Shown: positions 41,096 through 51,692 of the stretch, piece by piece | How positions within the stretch are numbered: position 1 is the first letter of the stretch | Layout: each line of letters opens with the position of its first letter | Assembly: GCF_001194135.2 (NCBI RefSeq) | Contig: NC_068982.1 | Span: 175,421,934 to 175,485,933, forward strand | Direction of reading: 5' to 3' | DNA from: Octopus bimaculoides | Taxonomy: Eukaryota | Length of the DNA: 64,000 nucleotides | Translations under genes and position numbers: made by a program | The notes under the pieces: generated by a model | The model's input: only the letters and a program-made list of their open reading frames with translations | What the model was told of the DNA's origin: nothing | Database searches by the model: none

Positions 41096-41215
41096 TTGTG
41101 GAAATAGGGTTGTATCTCAGCATCTACTCTTTCCAGTATTATGTTTTCTGTTATTATTGCTAGAGGCCTGCTAAACGCTTCCATCTGGATTGAAGTTAGG
41201 TACAGATCTGATGAC

Positions 41216-41247
<32 letters not shown>

Positions 41248-41353
41248 GAAGAGAGAGAGGGAGAGAGAGAGNNNNNNNNNNNNNNNNNNNNNNNNNNNNN
41301 NNNNNNNNNNNNNNNNNNNNNNNNNNNNNNNNNNNNNNNGAGAGAGAGGGAGG

Positions 41354-41397
<44 letters not shown>

Positions 41398-41965
41398 ATT
41401 GTGTCTGGCTAGATTGATTTCACACACACCCATGCATATCAAAATCATATAAATTAAGGAAGACATATTGATATAACCACATTTTTCAGTTCAGTCTTAT
41501 TCCAGGAGGTACACACTGAGCATGTTCTGAACTGGTTTATGCAGTGCTTCTGCTTATGCACACACGCACACACACAAACATGGAGAAAGAGGTTCAGAGG
41601 TAGATGGAGAGATAAAAAGTTGGGAACAGAAGTAAAAGATGCTCAAAATAGGCAGCAGTTTACTACTGTGTTCTTCGCATTTGGAAACTCCCAACCTTAA
41701 TAATTTCTCACATAACTAATCAATTTATTCACTTCAACTGTATGTGATTTAAGATTCTCTGACCATAATCATATTGATTACCTGTACCTTATTTTAGCAC
41801 ATTGTTCTCATCTTAATTATTTTAATATTATTTTTATCTGGGTGTTTTCCTATATACTTTTTATCATTATATTAAAGGCAGCACTAGTCTACAAATATAC
41901 AGTCATAAACTTTCACCTCTTTGAAGATTTTTTTCTGTTCTTCGCTTTTTATCTCTCCATCTTTA

Positions 41966-42009
<44 letters not shown>

Positions 42010-42182
42010 GATTACTCTATTCCTGATCTGTCATTATTTGTGGCCATAGCTGTTAACATTAGCTTTCATCTTGAGGAACTAATATGTCAGTCTTTATCTA
42101 TAGTTCCCCTACTTGAGTGTATTTCTGACAACCTTCTGTTAATAACTTATTTCTTTGTCTTCTATATCCTTCCCTCCTTATA

Positions 42183-43462
42183 CTGGGTCATCCCATAAAT
42201 AATGCGGTTTTTTTATACTTCTTTTACTTTTCAAAATTAAGATAAAGTTTTTTTTAAATCTAAAATATACTCTCCTTCATTTTCTACAATACTCTTTCAT
42301 CTATCTAGTAGACTTTCAAGGCCCCTCTTCCAAAATTCACTTGTCCTTGACAAAAAGTACTCCTCCAGTACTGTTCTGACCTCATCTACAGAATCCATAT
42401 TTTTTCCGTCCAAACGATTTTGAAAACTGCGGAATAAAGGATAATCAGAGGGGGAAATGTCCAGCAAATGTGGAGGGTGGGACATTGTTTCCCATTCAAA
42501 CTGCTCCAGCCTCTGGAATGTCATCCTTGTTGTATGTGGCTGAACAGTATCCTGATGGAAGAACACCTTTCATCTTGAAACCAAAGATGGTCGTTTTACT
42601 TCTGGTGCTGACTTAAACTGCTCAAGCTGCTCGCAGTAGATCTCCTTTGTTATCGTTTGGTTTGGGTTTAAAAGTTCAAGGTGAACTAAACCTTTCATTT
42701 CCCACCAAAAATATTACAACATCTTACATGGGTGAAGACCTTCTTTAGCCTGGGATGCCAGTGTTTCTCCCCATGTCTTCGGCGCTTGACATTTTTATAG
42801 AGAACCCATTTCTCGTCACCAGTCACTATTCGGTCCAAAAAAAAAAGGTTCATTAGTGAGAATTAACAGCAAAGAAGAGCACATATTCACTCTCTGTGTG
42901 CGACTAAACTCAGAAAGTTTGTGAAGAACTCACTGACCCAATTTGTTGAGTTTTCCCATGGCATGCTGGTGTTGATGAATGGTTGAACGACCAAATCCAA
43001 GCTTCTCTGCAAGTTCCTCAACAGCTACGATGGGATTTTGTTCCACCAGGGTTTGCAGGATGTCCTCGTCAAGCTCTAAAGATCTTCTGGGACGAGGCTC
43101 GTCTTCTAGGCTGTAGTTTCCAGCTGAGAATTTCTGGAACCACCATTGACATTGTCTTAAGCTTATTGTCCGATCCCCATATACTGAATTAATATTCCTT
43201 GGACTTTCTGTTGCCATGTTGCCTTTATTGAACTCATAAAGCAAGATATGCTGAATACGCTCCTTTGTCACTTCCATTATAGCTTTGAAAAAATAACTGT
43301 TAAAATCGAATTGCACTCTTCAAAACTTGCACTAAGAATAAGACAAGGTAAAATTACTACCAGCTTTCATAGCAAGTTGATGCAGGTAGTTTATCTCGTC
43401 CCCTTCCAACTTTTAGTTCATGCAATTAAAAAAAAAAACGCATAATTTATGGGATGACCAAA
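42183..43462 (-). mobile_element. Full-length (1280 bp) mariner DD34D transposon, Hsmar1/cecropia-like, inactivated
   Basis: TA-flanked TIRs ctgggtcatcccataaataatgcggttttt and aaaaaacgcataatttatgggatgaccaaa. ORF 42930..43316 has the HTH region (MEVTKERIQHILLYEF...EDEPRP). ORF 42297..42566 has HQD...SPSDY with 34-residue spacing. Frameshifted. Confidence 0.95.
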
Positions 43463-44389
43463 TATTTAAAACACTAATTTTTGCTATGAAAACCAGTATC
43501 TAGTTTGATGTTACCTTTGTAACTAAATCTCAAGAAATAATAAGTAGAACTTTCCTTTAATACTGTGTGAACATTAATTTATAAGTATAACCTATTGTGT
43601 TAATTAATGTAAAAAATCCCACTGATTATTGATATAATCATCACTGATTAAAAAATGTAATACTGTCATCTTCAATCCTTTTGTTTGTTTACTTTTATAT
43701 TCTGTGATGAATGTACCAGCTTCATAATTGGTACTTTTCCTAGGATTTACAGTCTCTCTGCGATGTCATTTGGGTTTACAGAATACTTTTTCCTGATTTT
43801 CTTGCCCATACATTTGGAGTGCTGACTTGGTATTTGTCTGAATTTCCTAAATTCTTATTCCCTCTAGTACACACACATGTATATATGCTGTGTATATACT
43901 GTATGTATACACTTAGAATGTGGGTGTGAACAGGGATGACAGATTCATGCTCTATAATGACACTTTCAAGAAACAAGTTATAACAATTTCCAATGTATTT
44001 GGCCTCTGTATGAAGGTGAGATGTCAAATCTAAGCTTCCTGGATATAACAATTTACCTAGTCTCTGTGGCCACAGGAGTCGTCCAAAAATAGTAAACTCC
44101 ACAAACATAGGAAAAAGACAGTATGGTCACAGATGGGATGTTTTTAATCATAAATCTGGTTGATCTGCACTAGAGTTAACCAACAATGACAAAAAGAGTA
44201 TCCCATCCTAACTGATAAACACCACATAACTAAATCTGTGGTGTCTTATAGTCTCTGATGACCTTTCATGGCAACAATACAACAATTATATTAACAAAGC
44301 AGTATTCTTAAGGATAGATTTCCACATTAGAACATGAAAAGGTCTTATATCAAAATAGATTCAAGTCGTAGGTTTATCTCCCTTTAGAG

Positions 44390-44575
44390 CAGTGCTCCGC
44401 GACCTTTTTTCCCTTGTGGTACACATATATTCTTTTCAAAATTTGACAGCACACCTGAACTAAAAACATGTCTAAAAGTAAAGGGGAAAAAATTATATTC
44501 AGGTTACACTGTGGCACACCTAGCATCGTCTTGTGGAACACCAGTGTGCTGAGACATACTGGTTGCGGAGCATTG
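44390..44575. mobile_element. hAT (Charlie-like) MITE (186 bp)
   Basis: TIRs CAGTGCTCCGCGACC / GGTTGCGGAGCATTG; 8-bp TSD ctttagag / gtttagag with one mismatch. Confidence 0.85.
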
Positions 44576-45356
44576 GTTTAGAGTACTGTCTGACACCATC
44601 CACCCATTCAGCCATACATACAGATGCATATATATATATATATATATTATATCTCCAGCACTGTATTACCTCTACCTCCAGCCTAAGCAAAAGATGAAGG
44701 TCACCAAATATTCTCTTACCAGAACACTACAATCACAAGTACAATAACTTTCTGTATTGTTCACTTGTATTTTGTATTACTATTCCAACAGTCTCTTTTC
44801 CTGTGGAATTTTAAACTTTTTCACCTATCCACATCCTACTCATCCTTGCTGTTGTAATCATTTTACCCCAAAACTGCATCTCACTAGAACATTTTCTCAA
44901 TATATTCAACTTATATTAAATAGTGACCAACAGATTTAAAGAATTTCAAAGCTAGACAGCAACAGTCATATTGATTAACACAGCTTGGAAGGGATTGCAA
45001 AAGTCACATCCACTGTTCTTGTTCATTAAATCAGATAACGAAAAATACACACATGCAGAGGATAGGGTTCAGGGTTACAGATGAAGAACTTTTAACCTAA
45101 AGATACTGCGCAGAAAACCCGAAAGCAACAAACACTGAACTGGTGTTTAATTATATGAATAAGATATTTTTAACCAGTTGAGAAGCAACAACTAGATTAA
45201 TATGGTTATTCATTAGAGAGATTAGGAAAAAGTTTTGGTGTATGTGATGGGTTGAGACTGGTAAATATATTTGGCTCCAAAACTAATTTTTATTAAAAAA
45301 AAACAAAAAAAAAAATCAAATCAAAACAAAGTTAATGGAAAAAGCAATATAGTTAC

Positions 45357-45464
45357 CATGGGCATGCTGTTGGAGGATTCCTCCATGATATCCGGGCTCT
45401 GTTTGCAGGTTGTCCCCACTTCGGAGGTGCCATTTGGCTTCAACGTATCGGTACGTGTAGTCAT
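45357..45464 (-). CDS. NR1J: NR1J/HR96-like nuclear receptor, putative first coding exon (A/B domain; exon 45357-45508 including 5' UTR)
   Basis: Long polypyrimidine acceptor (tgtttctttttctttttttgcag) before 45508 and donor ATG|gtaact after 45357. The ATG at 45464 follows an in-frame TGA and reads MTTRTDTLKPNGTSEVGTTCKQSPDIMEESSNSMPM, ending in phase 0, which matches the phase-0 start of the zinc-finger exon. The link across the 35 kb intron is inferred. Confidence 0.65.
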
Positions 45465-45487
45465 TTTTCATAGTAAACCCGTTTCAT
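45461..45487 (-). promoter_or_regulatory. 8-codon uORF (MKRVYYEK*) whose TGA overlaps the main ATG
   Basis: ATG at 45487-45485 and TGA at 45463-45461, overlapping the ATG at 45464-45462 (ATGA). Read directly from the sequence; function is untested. Confidence 0.5.
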
Positions 45488-45600
45488 ACAACACTAATAC
45501 GTGAAGATCTGCAAAAAAGAAAAAGAAACAATTCAAAAGATAAATACCAGCAACTAAACAATAGGCATATAAACAGTAAATAGTAACAATGTAAACCTTT

Positions 45601-45635
<35 letters not shown>

Positions 45636-46596
45636 AGCATAAATCATTATTAGTATAGGTTGGACTGTTTGAGAGGACCCAATGGGTCCAAGGAGTGCAC
45701 TGTGCGTGCTCCAAAGTCAGCTTTGTTATGGTTTCTACAGCTGGAAAATCATTAGAGCATTGCAGTATTTCTTCTGGCTCTTTACATTCTGTGTTCAAAT
45801 CCTGCAAAAACCAGCTTTGCTTTTTATCCCACTGGAGTCAATAAAATAAAGTACCAGTCAAATAATGAAGTTGATGATATCAACTAATACCCTCCTCTCA
45901 AAATTACCAACTTCATGCCTAAATTAGGAACAACTAAATCCACTTTAGCTTGTCTCGATGCATAAACATTATAACAGCTCTTATAGCTAATTGGCCAAAA
46001 TTGAGCTACATAATATGTGTTCCAATATTTCATTAACAAAAAAAAGTAAAGAAAAAAATGTATATCAATTAACATTTTAAATCTGCTTCTCCACACTTGC
46101 ATGGGTTCAATTGGTGACTAATCATCTCAGCTCTTGTCACAGTTCCCTGTCATCCGATATCTACAGCAACAGATAAAATTACCATGTTTTCTTTTGATCC
46201 AATTTTTATAACTGGATGCTCTTTCCTAACCAAACACTTTACAACACAAGACTGAGGGCATTTCATCAAGCCACTGACACTAAACATAATCAGTTTTTGT
46301 TTGAAGTTACAGATTACTGATCTTCTAGACTGGTTGCCAACACTGCTGCCAACACAGTCCACATTTCCACCCTTAATTACTTCCTTTTTGGGGGGCTTGG
46401 ATTTTACAGTTAAAAATCCTTCCTATCACCAGCTACTTTAAAGCATAAACTGAGGACATTTTATTGTGCCATCTGCACCAGAGATGTCTGTGCTCTCTTA
46501 GATGGGTTACTTTGGCTGCAGTTTGCAAAACTTACATTTCCCATGTCAATGTAGAGAAATTGATCACTATATAGTCTTACTAATAGTAGAGACCAT

Positions 46597-47165
46597 GGAT
46601 CTATTTTAAAACGGGGCCACATTTTTCATTAATGTTTTACGTAGTGTTTTTGGTACGGAAAGACTTTCAAACTTCGTATACTTATCTATTTTGTGTTATA
46701 GAACAGATAAAATATTTTTGTATTCGAATTTATTTCATGTAAAAAATTGTCTTATTTCGATAATTTCAACCAATCACTGACAAGTATTCAGTTGTTTACA
46801 TTTACTCCTTTGGCTGATTAAGCGATGTAAAGCGTATTTAATCTCTATACCTTCGTTTTATTTGCTTTTTTCATTTTAAATTTGCTTTAACCCTAACCCT
46901 AACCATAGGGTTAGGGTTAGGGTTAATTGTTTCAGAATTGTTTGTTTATGTAGTCGGCACTTAATGTATATCGGCTGAATGGACGTCAGTGATTGGTTGA
47001 AATTACAGAAATACAACAACTTTAACATGGAATAACTTAGGGATTTCTTTTTTTTTTTAAGAAGACTAAGAGAAAAAGATGTTTTATATGACACATTCTA
47101 CCAGTGTTCCAAGTTTCAAAGTGTTTCGTTAATGAAAAATGTGGCCCCCGTTTTAAAAAAGATCC
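46597..47165. mobile_element. Merlin-like MITE (569 bp) with internal telomeric repeats, copy 1
   Basis: TIRs of about 36 bp, GGATCTATTTTAAAACGGGGCCACATTTTTCATTAA and TTAATGAAAAATGTGGCCCCCGTTTTAAAAAAGATCC. Perfect 8-bp TSD gagaccat (46589-96 and 47166-73). Terminal GG/CC with an 8-bp TSD fits Merlin/IS1016; the superfamily is inferred. Confidence 0.88.
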
Positions 47166-48722
47166 GAGACCATTAACAACAAAGCTAATGTGAGAAATTT
47201 TATTCAGTGTAGCAGCCATAGCAAATCCACACCTTTTTTTATATGTGAGATTTTAAAATGCCATACTTTACAATAAAGATAGGATAGACAGACAGAAAAA
47301 AACACTATTGAAATGATTTATTTGAACAACTTTCTCTGCAATAGTAAGACAGAGTGACCAAATCTACTCAACAAAAGCACTAGTAATGTCAACAAACAGC
47401 AAAGTCAATGATTGGTATTATTGTCGTGAAGAGGAACATTTTAGAATACTGTAGTTACAAGATATTAGGCCAGATGTCTAGGTCCATGAGTTATCATTAG
47501 TAGGGTATTCTGACTTTCAATTTCCTCCAGGAATAGTGCACCCATTATCCAATATGAGTTTCTTTTATAATGATATGGTGTGGCTTCTGAGAAACTTGGC
47601 TGCTATTTCTAACAAGTCGGTCAACTGCATAGAGATTTCTTCATCGGCTTCAGTGACTTTAGTGAACCAACATAATTGTATCATCGATCATATGAGATGC
47701 AGTTACCCAATGTTATAGTTATTTGCTAGGGTGGACTTACATTATAGCATCAGTCCTAATTGCTACCGTAAGCTGACACCATGGCAATGGTCCTGGCAGT
47801 CAGTGTGGATTGACATCCTTATCATTAATCATAATGGCTCATATACGCTCAAACATAGCATCAGTAACCAGCTACTAAGGAGGATATAAACCAGAGCTTT
47901 AATCATTACTCTGATTTATATTAGTAGGATGGCATTATAATAGCAGTCATAGTTTCACAGAGATGCCTTATACATATATACATCAACAAGTATATAGTTC
48001 AGCTTCACACCGAATGCAAGTAAAAACTTGGAGGCATAAATACAATACACAAAAGCAATAACATGTTTTGAGACACCAAAACACACACACACACTAATAA
48101 GCATACTTAAACACACTGACACATGTATACAATCAGTATATTTAAATACACGCATGTATACACTTGCATAATCTATAAATTAAGATACTTTTGAAACCAT
48201 TGGCTTTGACAGTGAATAATTTAAAAGTGGGTGTGTTGAATGGGGCAGTTCTGATTGTGAAGATTTATGATCAAAGATAGTTCAGCTAAGGCCATTCTGT
48301 CTTTTTCTAAAGTGCAGAGAACTCAGGACTATATTATCCAAAGTACAATTCTAAGATGGTACTGTGCATTTCAAAGGGAGTTTAGCTGGTATTTCTAGCA
48401 GGTAAAGCATACACAAAGAGGTTCCCACTTGTGGTGGTTTTGGAGGTAGTGGTAGTTGTTGTATGCAATGATGATGATAGTAATGGTATTAGGGTTAGAT
48501 AGGGCAGTGACAGTGGTAATGTGGAATATTATTAGTAAATGTAGTAAAAAAATTGCAATAATTGTGTAGGGTAATAGCATACCTTGGTAGATGGTAAGAA
48601 TAAAGAAGAGCTCTAGAGACATCAATAGATAACGAGACAGACAAAGAGAGAAATACAAGAATAGAGGATGAGTGAAAGTGGGAAATAAAGGACACACAAG
48701 AAATATACAAATCTCCCCTCAT

Positions 48723-48773
<51 letters not shown>

Positions 48774-49789
48774 TATGTGTGTGTATGTATGTATACACAC
48801 ACTCACACTGGAAAAGAAAGAAAAATTGACAGAAAGATAGGGAAATGAAGTAAAGTAATTAATAAGAAAATGTGAGAGAGAAAGAGAAAGACAGAGAGTA
48901 AATGAGACTTTTAGCAGTTTACATAAAATATGTTTCTCCATGGTAACAAGATGAATTTAAAGTTGGAATTGTATTGGTAATTGTGACTGTAGCAATAAAC
49001 AATTCTATAACCACACTTGCTGGACATTAATCTTTAGACTGATGGTTCAATAGTTTTATAACAAGAACAGATGGCTGTGTTGCTGGTATTAATATCAACT
49101 CTTAGTAAATAAACAGGGAACTGGTTGCTGATAACAGCTGGTATCGACTCACTGGTAAACACCAGATCACTTCACCAACAGTTGATATTGGTCAATGGTT
49201 GTTTATGGTATGAAACAGTAGACAGTGTTATGATGGTGGGAGTGAGTCTTGTAATAAAGTGGGTGGTTGGAACCAAGTCACTGAAGACTTTGTCTCCATG
49301 GTAATGTGCATCTGAGTCAAGTTGATCTGATAGATTCCATCTTTCTCCAAACTACAACAGAGGGGAGTATTTTGAGGTCTGCATTGCAAGTTAGCAAAAA
49401 ATTTGTCAGTTACATGGCGTTCACTATTGACACTAACACAATAACAACTCTAGGACATGAATGGTGGATAGCAGTTATTTTCATTCAGGCAGTGTGTTCC
49501 ACTTTACCATTCATCTGTTCATATTCAGTACAGTAAGTACCAGCCATAAAGTTTGTGACCAAGTTTAAGTGAAAGAAATCAATTCTGCTTTCTTCCATAC
49601 CCTTTCTACTAAAGGCACAAGACCTGAAATTTTGGGGAAGGGGACTAGTCATTACATCGACCCCAGTGTTTCACTGGTACTTAATTTATCAACCCCGAAA
49701 AGGATAAAAGGCAAAGTCGACCTTGGTGGAATTTGAACTCAAAATGTAGCGACAGACAAAATACCGGCAACACCTCCATGATCGCTTCA

Positions 49790-50230
49790 GACTGGCCAGC
49801 GTGACAGCTCGCGAGGCTATTGGCACTGGACAGCAGCCTATCAGCAATGACACAGTACGATGTCAACTGGCCACCAACAACCTGCATTGCCGTCATCCTG
49901 CTCAAGATCGTGCCCTCACTGCCTGTCACGACTACAGTGGGTTACACAGCACCGACATTGGCGGTATCAACAGTAGAAGTCAACAGTCTTCTCTGAGGAG
50001 AGCCAGTACTGTGTTCCCTCCTTGGATGGCAGAGTGAGGGTGTGGAGTAGGAGGGGTGAACACTACAGAGACATATGGGGTAGCCAAAGCATCATCGTTT
50101 GGGGTGCTATAGGCCTGAATCAGAGAATTGGGCCCCATGTGTTCTAAAATATTGGTGCTGGCAGAGGGAACGCTGTCTCCTGTATGGCCAGGATCACTAT
50201 GGACTTCCTGTATTAGCACAATACAGAACT
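49790..50230 (+). mobile_element. Tc1 (DD34E-type) transposase fragment
   Basis: Reads ...QPISNDTVR...LHCRHPAQ...FSEESQYC...DGRVRVWSRRGEHY...WGAIG, matching the Tc1 FSDESRF/DGRVRVWRR/VWG motifs. Confidence 0.8.
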
Positions 50231-50321
50231 GTAATAAGAAAAAGAGATGACACAGAGAAAGCAAAGGTCATGTGAAATTCATTAGCTGTTTCTGCTACAA
50301 GATGCAGTGCACTTCATATTC

Positions 50322-50404
50322 AAGGCTCTGATGAAGCTATAAGATATTATCCAGGCACTCAACTAAGAGTCCACTGCATCTTATAGTAGAAACAGCTATA
50401 AGCT
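50322..50404 (+). ncRNA. Degenerate Penelope-type minimal hammerhead-ribozyme-like motif
   Basis: ggct-CTGATGA-a-gctataaga...tcttatagt-a-GAAA-c-agct-ata-agct: core boxes, a long stem II, a palindromic AGCT stem-III loop and a 4-bp stem I. It has an A.A mismatch at 10.1/11.1 and ATA in place of GTA. Confidence 0.4.
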
Positions 50405-51655
50405 AATGGAGTTCTTAACATAACCATTGTTTTTTTTCCATGTCATCTCTTTTTCTTACACACACACACACATCAATCCAAATTAGTTCATCACATTTTT
50501 AAAATTTATAATTTGTATTTGATTCCAACAATTGTAATCCCCACCAAGACCATTTTTTCAGTTTGTTTGTAGTCCTTTACCAAAGTAAAATAACTAAGCA
50601 TTTGAGTAGGCAAGAGATATAACTGCATTGAACATTGAACTACTTAAATAGGAATTTTATTGTTATTATTATTATTAAAGGCAGAATCATGAAAATATCT
50701 GATAAAATGCTTTATTTACAACTCTTCACATTCTGAGTTCAAATCCTGTTGAGGTGAGTTTTGTTCTTCAATCTTCTGGGGTCAATAAAATAAATGCCTG
50801 TTGAGCACTGAGATGGATGTAATCAACTACCTCCACACTACTAAAATTTCAGGCCACATGCCTATAGTAGAAAGGATTATTATTATTATTAATACAGAAA
50901 CCTCATTATTATTATTATAAAGGTGGCCATCCTTTCGGGGGTTGATAAATTAAGTACCAGCTGCATACTGGGGTCGATGTAATTGACTCGCCCCCTCCCC
51001 CAAAATTTCAGGCCTTGTACTTATAGTAGAAAGGATTATTATAAAGGCAGCGAGCTGGCAGAATGGTTAACATGCCAGGCGAAATGCTTAGTGGTATTTT
51101 GCCCATCACTACATTCTAAGTTCAAATTCTGCAGAGGTCGACTTTGCCTTTCATCCTTTTGGAGTTCAATAAAATAAGTATCAGTAGAACATTGGTGTTG
51201 ATATAATGGATTCATCCACTCCCCCAAAATCGCTGCCCTTGTAACAAATTTTGAAACGATTATTATTATTATTATGGACAGTGGATTGTAAGAATCATGA
51301 GAGTTTCTGACAAAATTCATTGCTGTGTTTGTTCTCGCTCTTTGCATCCAAATCCTACTGAGATTAAACTTGTCATCCATCCTTCTGGGTTGATAAAAGA
51401 ACCAGACAAAATTTAGGAGCCATGGTAGCAGAATCATTATACCATCAGAAAAATTGCTTTGCAGTATTTGTTCAATTCTTTACATTTTGAGTTCAAATCC
51501 TATTGCAATCAACTTAGCTTTTTATCCTCTGAAGAGTCGATAGATTAAAGTAAAGTTCCAGTTAAGTATTGGAGCTGATGCTATCTACTAACCCACTTCA
51601 TTTCAAAATTGCTGGCCTTGTGCCTAAATCAGAAAATAATAAATATTGCTGCTTT

Positions 51656-51692
<37 letters not shown>

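Larger units (their letters stand above)
49590..51640. mobile_element. Cluster of SINE family C copies: one minus at 49590-49800 and about five plus, head-to-tail, at 50670-51640
   Basis: Recurrent ttct(g)agttcaaat.c.g.agaggtcgactttgcctttcatcc...ggggtcgataaattaagtaccag, separated by (att)n tails. Dispersed copies near 14050-14240, 36160-36360 and 45720-45870. Confidence 0.8.

Noticed and set aside
43300-43360. SETMAR-style exonisation of the sense mariner into NR1J
   Set aside because: The nearest acceptors give an out-of-phase join or an in-frame TGA, and the transposase is frameshifted.
48950-49520. Possible LINE endonuclease relic on the minus strand
   Set aside because: Only vague resemblance; no diagnostic motif in a continuous frame.
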